In this document: piece after piece, positions 25,191 to 38,094 of the stretch
How positions within the stretch are numbered: the stretch's first letter is position 1
Layout: every line of letters begins with the position of its first letter
Source: Squalus acanthias
Taxonomy: Eukaryota
Assembly (NCBI GenBank): GCA_030390025.1
Contig: CM059425.1
Location: 163,434,001-163,498,000 of the forward strand
Length of the DNA stretch: 64,000 nucleotides
Reading direction: 5' to 3'
Notes under the pieces: model-generated
Told to the model about the DNA's origin: nothing
The model's input: only the letters and a program-made list of their open reading frames with translations
The model's database searches: none
Position numbers and translations under genes: made by a program

Positions 25191-27255
25191 TTGGCACAGT
25201 ATAGGAGATCAAAAGCGGAAAGTCCAGAGGGGTAATGGAAGAAGTAATTGAAGTGATAAGACAAGGGGAGGTCAGAATCATGCGTGCTTCTTAATTTGAA
25301 TTTTTGCTCTTGGTTCAATTCAAAACATAATTTCCTTTTTTTGCGTTTTCTTATGGAAATTGATCTGACAAATTAAAGGGAGATGCTAGTGCTAAATATA
25401 GAATTTATTTTTTTAAATGAACTGCTTTGAAAAAACCTTGCATTCGAGAATTAATTAATTGAGTACAGAAGTCCACCAACAATTACTATGTGCATGTATT
25501 GCATATCTATTATATGGTTCACAAACTTCTGTGACACACATCCTTGGCTTCCACTCAGATATTACTACTGACAGATTGCTGTTTACTAAAGATTTTGAGA
25601 AAGTCAGCACCCCAATGGGAAATTTTGTTTTACAAAATTAATGAAGTTCTTCCACAATAGGATCACTTCTAGACCATTAGGAATCATTTGTTGATTGATA
25701 GAATATTAGTTAACCAAAGTGATGCCAGCAGTTTTTATCCATGAAGCAATGCCATACTGCTTTTTCACATTCCATTTTTTCTATATGGCAAGTACATATG
25801 GCATGGTCTCTAAGAGTGCAGTTATACTGCCAGTTTCGCATCTATGCAAACCAGTTTTAGGAGCACATCAATGCAAATGTGGTAGGGTAGCTTGGAAGTC
25901 GGATCCCAATCTGGCTTGTGAGTACACTAAAGCCAGGTATGTGAAAGACCCTCCAGCTGCCCATCTGTTAAACTTTGCTGCTCTGGAGTATTACATTAGT
26001 CCGCTGTGAAGCCAGTTTCAAAAATACTAGGGCAAGGATTTTATAAATTTAGTATTGAATCTTTTTAATGTTGTGAAAAAGTGGATGCAGCCACATAGAC
26101 TCTCCTAACATTAAAACAAGCAACAGAACAGCAGAACTCTCTCTTGTTCTGTGAGTCAGTGAAATACATGCTAGAACCATTAAAATTTTTACTTTCGGCC
26201 CACAGATTACTGAGTCATCTCCCAGTACAGTCAACACTAGGCATGCTGAGACTTCATGAAGTCTGTCAATAATGTTTGTGCAAAATGGATAGTGATATTC
26301 ATTGTCTCATTGAAAGGCATGGAGATCACGATGTATTGACTGAGCTGTTGCACTGCTGGATGAATGCTACAAGTTGAATGTCAGTGCCATACAAGAACAG
26401 ATCATTGTGAGGTGTCAGTAATACTGGTATAATTGACATTTTGATGTTAGGACAATAAAAAAGCAATTGCTGTCCATAGAATGGAGGAGGTAGTATGTCA
26501 ACTTTTTTTGTAAAAAGCCAACCAAATATTCATCAGTGGTCAGGGTATTTTGTAATATAGCATTGCAGTTGCCCTATTCTGTCTTCCACAGGCTACAGGG
26601 GTTTATAATGAAAATCATTTTTTTCCTGTGATTGTTTAGGAAAAGGAATATTTCAAAAACGTGTGTCAATCATTCTTTTGTAGGGTCCATGGAAATTAAA
26701 TACAGTAACTCCCTTTAACAATCTTGTATGGCTGAATGCATTTGTGTGCAATTTCTGGTAATCTTTCCCATGGGTGCTTAATAGGGGCAATGAGTCAGCC
26801 AATTCTAGTCATCTAAGTTGATGGGTTTGCTTTGACATTCTGCTCAAAAAGCATTGACCTGAAGCAAGCAAAATTCCAACTTATGACTTGTGAAGGTGGT
26901 TACTTTGTATTTCTTTTGCCTGAAGGTCCATAAGATTAGGATTTTGGGAGTGTTTGAAACTGAGCCTTAATTTCATGTACAGTGGTTTTTATAGATTGCT
27001 TACTGTGCTTTTTACAGTATGAAGCATTTGCAATTAATCTAGCTGAGAATTACCTTGAGTATCACCTTCAAAGCTTCTGGGATATCATTATCTTTTAGAA
27101 CATCTTCATTTCTGCCTACAGAGAATCAATCTCACTGCATGAAGGATTCATTCATATTTTACTTTCAGTGATCAGGTGATTCCAACCTATAGTCCGTTCA
27201 TTCCATGTGGGATTGTGATTAGAAAGTACTGTTGTGCCAATGTCAGCAGACACTA

Positions 27256-28133
27256 AGGCCGCGATTTTCTCCTGGGTGTCGGGATGGGGGCGGGTCAGCT
27301 GATTTTCGGGTTCCGGTCCCACCCCCAGCTGCCTCCACTCCAGATGTGATTTTCCCTTGATTGGCCTTATTAAGCCCGCCCTGCGGGCTTACCAGCCAAT
27401 TAACAGGAAGCGGGTCTGATGACGTCATTTGATGATGCGTCATCGGCCAGTTTCCTTAAAGGGACCACGCACAATTTTATTTTGACAGTTGATTTTTCAG
27501 TATTTGACAGCATTGAGGTGCTGAAAACAGACAATCACTGCACAAAGGTGACCTCTTGCACCCAGGCTCTCCAATGACTCCCTCCATATGCTGGAATAGA
27601 TGGCAGCTGCAGGTGAGATGACAGAAGCGATCTGTCACTGGTGAGAGAGGTTGTCCCAATGAGGTGGCACTGGACATACAGTTGGATTTAAAAACTTGTA
27701 AGCTAAAGAAATCTGTATATGTATTAAAAATGCAGTAACCAACATTTTCTTTGCTCTGAAACTCACCACGTGCAACATGGCATCCTTGACATCACTTCTG
27801 CAGCTGTCATTTTTTCACAAACATTAGACCAGACTCACAACACGCCACACTTACCTGGTGTGTAGTCCGGACGTCGTGAAACCTGACGCAGAAACTGGAA
27901 AATCAAAAAACAGCCTGAAAGCTACTGACAAGTACCTGTTAATAGGCAGTTAATTGCCTTTAATCCATTTCCCGCCGCTAGATGTTGGGTCCATTCGCAA
28001 ATCGGGGACCCGACACTTGGGAAGGTTGTTTGGAGGCGGGTTGACGGCGGGTGCGAAACCCGCCGTCAATCAAAACAACTTTAACCTCTGACCCGCCTCC
28101 AAACCCGCCCGAGTGCCGGCAAAATCGCGGCCT
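27256..28133. mobile_element. Non-autonomous Harbinger-type element with perfect 13-bp TIRs
   Basis: AGGCCGCGATTTT ... AAAATCGCGGCCT; internal cttaaagggacc motif and a short stretch (~27545-27600) resembling the start of the Myb/SANT gene. Confidence 0.8.
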
Positions 28134-28904
28134 ACGCTTCCTACCAAGATGTTCTGCGGAGTCTAAATTAAGAAATCTCCAGTAATGAGACAGCCACATC
28201 TCTCCTATAATTCTATTTCTTATCCTCCACTTTGTAGATTTCTGTCAGTTATTGCTGATGAAAATAATTAAAAAATGTAAGAATGCAGGGTTAACAAAAA
28301 GGCCAATCAAACCATTTAACTTCTAGCACCTCTTTTCAGAACCACATCTGCCACATTTCATCCAAAGCCATATTCCTCTATTCTTTTCCAATGGAAAAGT
28401 AGATCTAGTCCACTTAGTAGCCTCGAAATTCGGTTCCTTAGTGCCGGTAGTTATGACCGTGGTTTAAAAAAAAAATGGCATCTGCCTCGCTTCCACCTGC
28501 GTCTGGCGTGGCCTATGCTGTTCACCATCTTGGTGAGGGCGATGGCGCAGGTGGTACATGTGTGCACCGGCAGTATGCAGAGTAGGCAGATCGTGATGCT
28601 AACTTGACGCACGACCTGCCATTTTTGACGTCGCTGCTCCAATCAACGCTCTCTCCTAAACACGCACAGCTGAACGCACGTTCAGCTGCATGAGGGACCC
28701 CCCCACCAGCGCTACTTAAAGGGATACATCCAACTTGCAGGTAAGTTGATTATTGCTTTTGTACCGGCTCTTAGAGTTTGTATGAATACCGGGTTGCTGG
28801 AAGACATTTAAAAAGTTGTGAAAGTGTGCAGGGAGTGTTGCTGGACGTTGGGAAGGCGTTGGCTGCTACTGGAAGGCCTCTGAGTACACCACTTGCTCCC
28901 AGTC

Positions 28905-29966
28905 ATGGGAGCTCTAGTTGCAGCCCCTTTGTGCTGCAGCATAACAGGGAGAGGAAGGCTCTCAGCAGGAGGCTGTACCAACCTAGGGTCTTCAGGGAGC
29001 ACTTCTCCTACCTGCACCTAAGCCAGGAGCAGTGTGTTCGGCGGCTCCGCTTCACCAAGGAGGTGGTCACAGAACTCTGCTACCTCTTGGAAGCAGACCT
29101 GCAGCCTCAGAGCAGGGTGACGACGGCTCTGTTGGTGGCCCTCAAGGTGACAGTGGCCCTGAATTTTTTCGCCAGCGGATACTTCAAGGCTAGAACAGGC
29201 GACATAACAAACATCTCGCAGTTTGCCGTCCAGGGTTCACAGAGGCTCTGTACACTAGGAGAGGGGACTTCATTGTTTTCTCTCTAAACAGAGAGAAGCA
29301 GGGGAAACATGCATGTGGCTTTCCAGGATATCTGGCTTTGCCATGGTGCAGGGCACCATCAACTGCACACACTTTGCGGGCACTGCATCTCAATGGTGAG
29401 ATGTTCCGTTATCGCAAAGGGTACCACTCACATAATGTGCAGTTAGTGTGTGACCACGCCCAGCACATCATGATGGTGAATGCCCAGTATCCTGGCAGCA
29501 GTGATGATTCCATCATCCTGCACCAGTCCGCTGTGCCAGCAATCTACTAGCCACCACGTCGACCCGAGTGTGGCTGTTCGGAGACAAGGACTATCTGCTC
29601 TACACCTGGCTGAAGACTCCTCTCCGCAACCCCACCACTCGTGGCCAGCACTCATATAATGAGAGCCATGCTGCCATGAGGTACGTCATCGAGCAGACCA
29701 TCGGGGTGCGGAAGCAATGATTCCGCTGTCTTGACCTCTCGGGAGGAGTCCTCCAGTACTCGCCGGAGAGGGTGTCCCAATTTGTGGTGGTCTGCTGCAT
29801 CCTCCACAACTTGGTCATCATGAGGGCACAGCCCTTGCCACCACGGGTTCCATGACCACCTCAGGAGGAAGAGGAAAAGGAGGAGGAGGAAGGGAGGAGG
29901 CAGCCTGCACATCAGCATCCCGGACGGGTTGTCCGTGAGCGCATCATCAGACTCTGGTTCCCCTGA
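28905..29966 (+). pseudogene. HARBI1-like DDE transposase, disrupted by stops and frameshifts
   Basis: Fragments [73 protein letters not shown]. Confidence 0.9.
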
Positions 29967-30041
29967 ATGAAATCCCAGATCCCCGCTGTTCACCACTTCC
30001 CCATCTTACCATCCCTCTGTCACGGAACATCACAGCGTCCT

Positions 30042-33000
30042 TGTAATATATGTGGGTAGAACAAATGAAGGACAGAGACACGAGTTGCTAGTCCATGTGC
30101 TTGCTTTACTAGGCCAGAGCAAACTGAGCATGCTCATACTAAACTATGTGACAAACCATGTGATAATACATTACACTGCTTTCCCCTTAAAAAAATTTAC
30201 ATATTCCCCTCTCAAATACAACAAAACTTTGGTCCCACCTTTCCCAGCATTACATGTACCACATAACAAAAACTCCTGGCCTTTTTTCTTTTAAATCAAC
30301 TACAAATGAACTACTAATCCAGTTTACTAACAGGTTTGCGGAGCCTTCCTGATCTCCTTACAAAAGGTTTTTGCGTTGAACCAGTTTTCGGGCTGTTTTG
30401 TTCGGTTTCCGAACTCAAAGATGATTCTGTTTCTATCTCAGATGTGTTTGAACTTATATGTTTCACTTCAATCCACTTTGCTGACAATTGATTCAAGATC
30501 ACTGTCCAATCCAGGCCAGTAAACAAAGCTTCTTGCAATTGATTTCATACTGACGATCCCTGGATGTTCAGTATGAAGTTCGGCCAGAATTCTATCTCAA
30601 AGAAGTAGGTACCACCACTCTGCTCCCCACTTGAGACAACCTTGTTCGCAAGACAATTAAGTATGACAGTTATGGAATGGTTTCAACTCTGTGTCCAGAC
30701 ACCGATCAGTCCATCCATTCAAGGTGTTTTCATACACTCTTTTCAGTACTGAGTCCTTTTGAGTCTCATCTGCAATCTCAGTTGCATTCACGGGAAAGTC
30801 TTTGTCAACTGCACCTAGTATGAAAATCTCACCTTCACTCCCAACATGAGTCCTCATGTGGCAACTTGGACAAGGCATCTGCGATTGCGTTTTGCTTTGA
30901 AGTGCGATATTCAATTGTGTAGTCATATTGTGACAACACTGCCCAACGTTGCATTCTTGATGCGGCCATTGCAGGGATAGCAGATTTGGGCCCCAATATT
31001 GCTAGAGGCGGTTTGTGATCAGTTATCAGGGTAAACTTTCTGCCGATCGTGAACTGTTGAAATTTCTTGATTCCAAACACTATGGCGAGTGCTTTCTTTT
31101 CAATTTGCGAGTAGTTTCTTTCGCTCTTTGTGAGGGTTCGCGATGCAAACGCGATTGGTTTCTCTTGGCTGTCATCCATTATGTGGCTTATGACAGCTCC
31201 CACACATAGCTAGAAGCATCACACGCTAACTTAAGCTCATGCTCTGTGTCATAGTGCACAAGTACAGCATCGCTAAACAGACTTCTCTTACAAGCGTCGT
31301 AAGCTTCCAGTTGCGCTTTCGTCCACTTCCACTGGACATCCTTCTTGAGGAGCTTGTGCAATGGAGCTAACATAGTCGCTAACTCAGGTAAGAAACGTGA
31401 GTAGGACTGGACCATTCCAAGGAAAGATCTTAACTCAGACACGTTCTGTGGCTTTGGAGTATTGATGACAGCATCAACCTTTTCCTTCACTGGTTGCAAG
31501 CCATTTGCATCAACTTTCAGACCAAGGTACACAACCTTGGGCTGAACAAAAGCACATTTGCTCCTTTTCAATTTGACATTGTGGGAATTCAACCTTTGAA
31601 GCACTAAATCTCACACTTCTAGATTTTCTTCCTCGCTGCTTGTTGCGATCAGCACATCGTCTTGATTGCATAAGTAATTTGGAATTCCTTGCAAAATCTT
31701 ATCCATCATAGCCTGGAAGATTTTGGGGGAGGACTTTACACCATACGGCAGCTTGGTGTATGAGTACAGTCCCTTGTGTGTGTTGATGGTGAGATACTGT
31801 TGACTCTCTTTGTCAACATTCAGCTGAGCGTAAACATGCGACAGGTCAAGCTTGGGGAAAACCTTTGACCCAGAGAGTACTGCATACAAATCTTGTGATG
31901 TAGTTAACGGATACTGCTCATCGTCAACTGCTTGGTTGATAGTAACTTTGTAGTCACTGCACAAGCGTACAGTTTTGTCTGCTTTGGGTACTACCACAAT
32001 CGGGGTAGCCCATTCACTTCTGTCAGTTTTTACCAGCACTCCGTTCTCTCTCAGATTCTCTAGCTCTTCCTCCACCTGACTTTTCAACGCATAGGGGACC
32101 GGCCTTGCCTTACAATAGACAGGCGTCGCACTGGACTTGATGTGGATATGTGCATTATACCCAGTGATGCCCTCATAACTGTCTGTGAACATGCTTTTGT
32201 ACTTTTTCAGCATTGTGTCGAGTCGCTTCTTTGAAGCATCTACACTGAAGATGTTTTTCCAGTCTAGTTTTAACCTTCGCAACCAGTCTTTACCCATGAG
32301 GGTTGGCCTGTTGTAGCACGCTACAACAATAGACAGCTTTACTGACTGGCCATTGTGCTGAACTGTACATTCCATTTGTCCACATGTCTCTAGGATTTCT
32401 CCGGAGTAGGTTTTTAACTCTACTGTACTCTTTGTAAGTGGGTTTTGATTAAACTTACTCTCATATGTGTCCTGACTCATGATAGAGCAGTCCGCCGCCG
32501 TGTTGTTACACATATCAATATATTGCTTGTTGATCAAAAGTTTTGTATGGAAGTCTTTCTCACGGCTGATAGCGATGCCGCTAGTGGAATGGATACAGTA
32601 GATACCCAGTTCTTCAACATCAGGTGTGTTCACTTCAATATTGTGAACTCCTCCCTTTTGCCGTCACTGCTTTGCATTGCCACTAGAATGGTTCTTACTT
32701 CCTGCTTTAGAGCTAGCTCTGTAAGCTGTTGAAATATGGCCTTGCTTCTGGCAGTGAAAACATTTCGCATTTCTGTATTGGCAGGACTGTGGTGAGTGAT
32801 TTCCATTGCAGCGATAACAATTCACTGAACTGCTCTCACCGACATGCTTTTGACTTGGTCTCACAACTTTAGGTTTGGCGGTGGCTTTGTGAGTGGAGAC
32901 CTCAGCTGCACTAGTCACTTGAGTTGGACAGAGCTCCCTAGCATTCTTAGACGCCATTTCCATAGATAGGGCAATTTTGCATGCTATGTCAAACGTTAGT

Positions 33001-33889
33001 TTCGGAGTGTTCAGTAACTTGGACTGTGTGCGCTCATCCACCAGTCCACACACAAACTTATCTCGCAAAGCACGATCTAAAAATATGCCGAAGTTACAAT
33101 GTAAAGATAGGTTCTTAAGAGCTACAATGTACTCACGGATGGTTTCATTTTGTTTTGGTTTCTGGTACCAAACTTATAGCTCTTGCTATTTCTAATGGTT
33201 TTTGGTCAAAATGGTCCTCGAGTTTCTCGACAATGTCTTCAAACGACGCATCCTTTGCTTTCCCTGGTGCGAGTAGGTTTGTCAACGTTCCGTAGACATC
33301 TGGGTCGATCTCTGTTAGAAAAATTGCTTCTTTATGTTCACAAATAACTTTATTTTGAGCTTGAACATTCTCATCTGCTCCATCGGTCTCAATAATGTTA
33401 TTGGCCTTAAAAAAAAAATCTCCATCCGCTCAATGTAAGAACTGAATGGTTCGCGAGCTCGGTCATACATGCTGAGGCTTCCGATGAATCCCACAGGCGT
33501 GGCCATGATTGTCCCGATCCCCTCGAACAGTGACTCAGCACGCTACCTGTGTACCTGTGCGAATCAACACCGCTATTGCTGTGTATACATACACGTGAAG
33601 GCGAAGCACAGACATGAACATTAACGGTAAAACATCTCAAAAATTCAGTTTAAGTGTCACAAATTCACCTTGTAATTGTCCACTCAAAGGTTGAATACTG
33701 TGTCCTTCCATGATCACTAAAAATGGCTTTGGGATCCCATCCTCGTCGCCAGAAATGTAATATATGTGGGTAGAACAAATGAAGGACAGAGACACGAGTT
33801 GCTGGTTCATGTGCTTGCTTTACTAGGCCAGAGTGAACTGAGCATGCTCATACTAAACCATGTGACAAACCATATGATAATACATTACA
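30042..33889 (-). mobile_element. Ty3/Gypsy (Mag-like) LTR retrotransposon, defective; 134-bp LTRs at 30042-30175 and 33756-33889; 5-bp TSD GTCCT
   Basis: LTRs TGTAAT...ATTACA differ at 6/134 positions by eye; PBS TGGCGACGAGGATGGGAT (33734-33751); PPT AAGGGGAAAGCAG beside the 3' LTR; Gag with paired CCHC-type knuckles, protease, RT (WATPIVVVPK, LDLSHVY, QDDVLI), RNase H (DASSY, NYSQIEK, TDHKP). Confidence 0.96.
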
Positions 33890-33988
33890 GTCCTCTTGGC
33901 CACAATGCTGAAATGAAAGCCACTACAAAACAAACATTCCAAACCATATTTGGAAATCATTCAATCCAATACTACATAATAAAGTCAA

Positions 33989-35851
33989 CTAATCACCCTT
34001 GTGCATTCCCTTAGTGTCTGTCTTCCATGTGCCTTTGCCTGTCCTAGTGCTCCTACGAAGTGCTCCCCCAGTGGTGCAGCATGGCTGGTGGAAGGCTGCT
34101 GACTTTCTGTGGGGGAGACTGCAGATGACCTTGCAGGACGACCTTGAACAGCTCTGGGCCTAGAAGGCCCAGCCGTAGACTGCACTACCTCAGCATGGGC
34201 AGCAGCAGTCTGGGCTGGCTGGCTGACTGGCAACAACAAGAGCACTGGTGGAGTGGCAGTGGTGGAAGTACGAATGCTGTCATCCTGAGAGAGGACAGCA
34301 GGTTTGTGCTCCACGGAGCCACTGCCACTCCCCCAGAGCGGTGCCTCAGCAATCCAAGTAATCTGTTAGAGGACAGATTGCTGGAGTGCTGTGACACCCT
34401 GCAAGCCCCTTTCCATACTGGTAAATGCAGCCACTGTGGCAGCAGTCTGAGCTTGGTGGCAGAAAGCTGAGCCTGCATGAGAGCAGTCTGAGTTTCCACT
34501 GCAGCACTCAGACATTGGGTCACTTCTGCTTGTGTTGCAATGGAAGCTGAGACATCGCCCATCACACCCAGCATCATGGTTGGGTCCACAAGTGCTGTAA
34601 TGGATTTGCCCATCACTTCCATCCTGGAAATTGTGGGCTCCAAGCTCTGCGCAAAGCCCTGTGCAAGGTTGGAGCTGGACTCCTCCATGCTCCTTGACAG
34701 TGACAAAGGCTTTCTGGTAGGCCAGTCAAAGCACCAAGCATTTCTGGCCATCAGCCTTCTTCTGAAGGCCACCCCAGTGAAGTCTTCATCTGAGTCCTCT
34801 GCAGCAGAACTCGTGTACGACCTTGCCCTCTGGGGAGCTGGCACCTGTGCTACCCTGTCCCCCTGCCCTAGTTGCAGGCCACTGATGCCCGGTGACTCAC
34901 CACGTGCAGGTCCTATCTCTATACTACCCTCTAAAGTATGCGCCGTGCCAGTTTCTGAGCTGGTGCCTGTGAGTATGAGATCGAGTGATGGTGTCTCTTC
35001 CTGAACTGGCTGGGAAGCTTGGAGTTCTTGGGTATCTGAAGGGAGAGTGGCACAAGGGTAAGGTTGTGGTGAGGGGAGGGGGGTGGAAGGCAAGATGTGC
35101 ATGCTTACACCATCAGCAGCTTGTACGTGAGTAGAGATTGTGGGATGAGGGGGAAGTGGGATTTGAGGAGAAGGATTAGGTATGAGCATACCATTATCTT
35201 CAATGGTTTCAGCCTTGCTGATCGCCACGGCCTCAGTGACGGGCCCTCCATCGGGGTAAGGTTATGCAGGCACGCCTGTGCCCCTTCAGGTGGCCCCTGC
35301 TGCCTCCTGTTATGCACCACCTTGGCCTGCAAGAGAAAGGGAAGTGTGTCAGTGAGTGTGGTGCAGAGTGTTTGGGTGATGTGCCTATCATGGTTGAATA
35401 GCTGGCAGTGCGTGCAAGGTGTGAGATGTGGGTGTGAGGCTTGCAGCAGTGGTAAGTGTGTGAGGGTGAGGTGAAGCTATGAATGTGAGGTATGAGTCGT
35501 GATTGATAGAGATTATTGGTAGGTGAGTGATGGGGGTGTGGTGCGTTGAGCATTGTGTGAGGCTGGTGGTGCAGATGGTGGGAGACGGCTTTGCAAGATG
35601 CATTCACTGACCTTGACCACCCGTGTGAGGTCATTAAACCTCTTTTGGCACTGGATCCAGTTCCTGGGGGAAGATTGCTGGCAGTGAACGCTTCAGTTAT
35701 CTGCTCCCATTGCCTTCTGACTGAGAGTCTGGAGGACCTCCTGGCTCCCTGCGGGTAGAGGACCTGTCTCCTCCAATTCTACCCCCTGCACTAAAGCCTC
35801 CAGTGCTTTGTCGGAGAACCTAGGTACACTTTTTCTGCTCTGTTGACCCAT
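33989..35851 (-). pseudogene. Harbinger Myb/SANT DNA-binding (NAIF1-like) gene, three exons, decayed
   Basis: Starts MGQQSRKSVPRFSDKALEALV; WIQCQKRFNDLTRVVK|gtcagt; tcttgcag acceptor; homologous to 48280-50482. Confidence 0.8.
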
Positions 35852-36391
35852 AACTGCCTGACAGTAGCCTTGACAATCAGTTCAATGAGGTGCTGAATAC
35901 AGAATGCACCTCCCCTTTAAGAGTTTGACAAATCTAATATACATTTTGTAAACTGACCATTGCGAGTTCCCAAAATTCACAAATGGTCAAACGCTATCTC
36001 AATGAAAATCTGAAATTCAGATCAATTTAAAGTCTTGAGCTGAAAGGTGCACAGACTCTACACCAAAAAATCCACATGCCTGAAACATGGCCACTGCGCC
36101 TGTGCTTTCCTGTAGCTTCCTCCTCTTTCCCTGCACACCATGGCCACTGGATGGGAACAGTCAGAAGAAATTGACACTAAAACCAAAAAGTAATGAAAAA
36201 AATGTCTTGCTATCAGAAGCACGATGTGGAAGCAGACACATCGCCCACGTGTCTGGGTAGCTATGAGCGCGTTTATTCTCAATCCACTGGATAGGTTATC
36301 AATGTCAATAACCTGTCTGGTAGTTGTTGATGGTTATTGTTTTAAGTTAAGGGCTGTTAATGAACATTGAACAGGACATGAAACATTGAAT

Positions 36392-36492
36392 TGTTCTAAT
36401 GGAAGGCCAGCGACCTGAATCGTTAACTCTGTTTCTCTCCCCACAGATGCTGCCTGACCTGCTGAGTATTTCCAGCATTTTCTGTTTTTATA
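36392..36492 (+). mobile_element. Penelope-like terminal remnant with mutated hammerhead core
   Basis: gttctaatggaaggcc..cgacctgaatcgttaactc followed by acagatgctgcctgacctgctgagtatttccagcattttctgttttta; the same block recurs at 40783-40873. Confidence 0.6.
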
Positions 36493-37014
36493 TTAAATCT
36501 TTCTTAATCGTTTTACCTTCAGCAGTAATAAATAAAGAATTGTAATGCTGATCCATATTTATTATACAAAGTTACATAAAGCAGCATCATCATTTAATAC
36601 TACGAAAAGCGCTCAGCTACTAGGCTGCCCTTTATTTTGCAGTATGAGGGATACTTCCCTCCAAGGCCTTATGAGTGGATTCTTCCATTGGATGATTGCC
36701 AGTGAATTGTAGTGTGTGTGCATGTTGTGGGGAGGGAGCATGGCGAGCAGTGCAGGTACTCAGCTGCTAAAAAGGATTCTGAAGGTAACATGATCAGGTG
36801 ATGTTGGAACCCTTTCTAATCCTGTGCATAATTAAGTTTTGTCTTTTGTCTAAGTGCTATGTCTTTGATGTGGTACCTTCCTGGCTGACTTGATTAACTT
36901 TATCACACCTCGGCAGATAGTCAGGATGATTTAATTTAGTGGTCTGCAATTGTAAGGTACACATGCTTTGTTCTCTATCTATATATGCTTTGGCGATTCT
37001 GTATCTAATTTACT

Positions 37015-37056
37015 TCACCTGAGGAAGGAGCAATCGATAGCTCCGAAAGCTTGTGA
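37015..37056 (+). ncRNA. Minimal type I hammerhead ribozyme motif within a ~134-bp Penelope-like terminal fragment (37011-37144)
   Basis: TCAC-CTGAGGA-A-GGAGC-aatcgata-GCTCC-GAAA-GC-TT-GTGA: stem I TCAC/GTGA, CUGANGA and GAAA core, 5-bp stem II, palindromic AAGCTT stem III; followed by AATAAA; TAATT flanks both sides of the fragment. Confidence 0.75.
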
Positions 37057-37300
37057 TTTCAAATAAAACTGTTGGACTATAACCTGGTGTTGTGCGACCT
37101 CTCAATTTTGTCCACCCCAGTCCAACACCGGCATCTCCGCATCATAATTAAGTTAGCAGTGCTGACTTGCAGTACATGCTGTGGCTAAGAGTGAAAAAAA
37201 TGTTTCGGGATAGACCAATACATGAAAAGATTCTAACTACCCAATTCCATTTTGATTTTTCAATGTCACTCACTGAAAGTTCTCACCATCTCTTTGTTAG

Positions 37301-37493
37301 GATTTATTCGACAATGACTGGTATAGGTCGCGGAATGTGATTGGGTTGGCAGACATCATCATCCTCAAATATTCCGTCAACGACAAAACCTCATTTCAAG
37401 AAGTGAAAGATAACTATGTGCCGATAATTAAGAGGATACTAAACCAGTGGACGGTTCCAGTAATAGTTGCTGCTGTTGGTACAAGACAAAATG
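37301..37493 (+). CDS. RHOBTB3: RHOBTB3 exon 3 (193 nt), Rho-like domain; absent from the ORF track
   Basis: Acceptor tctttgttag|GAT, donor AATG|gtgagt; phase 0 matches the end of exon 2. Translation DLFDNDWYRSRNVIGLADIIILKYSVNDKTSFQEVKDNYVPIIKRILNQWTVPVIVAAVGTRQN vs recalled human DIFDSDWYTSRNLIGGADIIVIKYNVNDKFSFHEVKDNYIPVIKRALNSVPVIIAAVGTRQN. Confidence 0.96.
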
Positions 37494-37774
37494 GTGAGTA
37501 ATGAAGGTTGTGCACATAACTTTCAGCTACATAGTGGGAAAACAATGTATGATGGTGTTAGTGTACTTTCTGTAACATTCATTCTGCCAATGTGATGATT
37601 CATATGTATTAAATTAATCAGAAATTGAAGAAAACAAGCCACATTCTGTCAATATTCTTTCCTGCTAATCTATGCTACTAGGCCACATTCCCAGTGTTTA
37701 CCATGTTCAAATCAAAAGAGGTACACTTCCTGCTAATGGCTCAGAAGACAAACATATTGCATGGTGCTGTACTA

Positions 37775-37950
37775 AGTCAAACAGACCAAGATGGTCTCCA
37801 GTCTGATCCCAGGTGTAATGAGTTAGCTGATCTCAGCCAAGTTGGTGAAGAGTGCTACATTGGCCACGGCATCTCTGGGCTAAAAAAAGGGAGGAAAAAT
37901 CAGTCAGGGTGTTTTCTGCTGTCCATTGCCCACTGACTCCTGCTGGAATG
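37775..37950 (+). mobile_element. Ancient SINE-like fragment, family uncertain
   Basis: tgagttagctgatctcagc...gctacattggcc...aaaaatcagtcaggg resembles old vertebrate tRNA-SINE bodies from recall only. Confidence 0.4.
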
Positions 37951-38094
37951 AATGAGTGCGTGCATGTATACACACTGGAAAATAAGAAGTCCCCTCTCAT
38001 AACAGGCCATTTTAGATTTAGTGACGAGTAATGAGCCTGAATTAGTCAATAATCTAACGGTAAGGGAATACTTAGTTTACAGTGACCATAACAT

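Larger units (their letters stand above)
28419..35923. mobile_element. Decayed autonomous-type PIF/Harbinger transposon #1 (convergent transposase and Myb/SANT genes) carrying a Gypsy insertion; right terminus not seen
   Basis: Left end GCCTCGAAATTCGG; colinear in reverse orientation with element #2 (47994-52247) over both genes. Confidence 0.9.
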
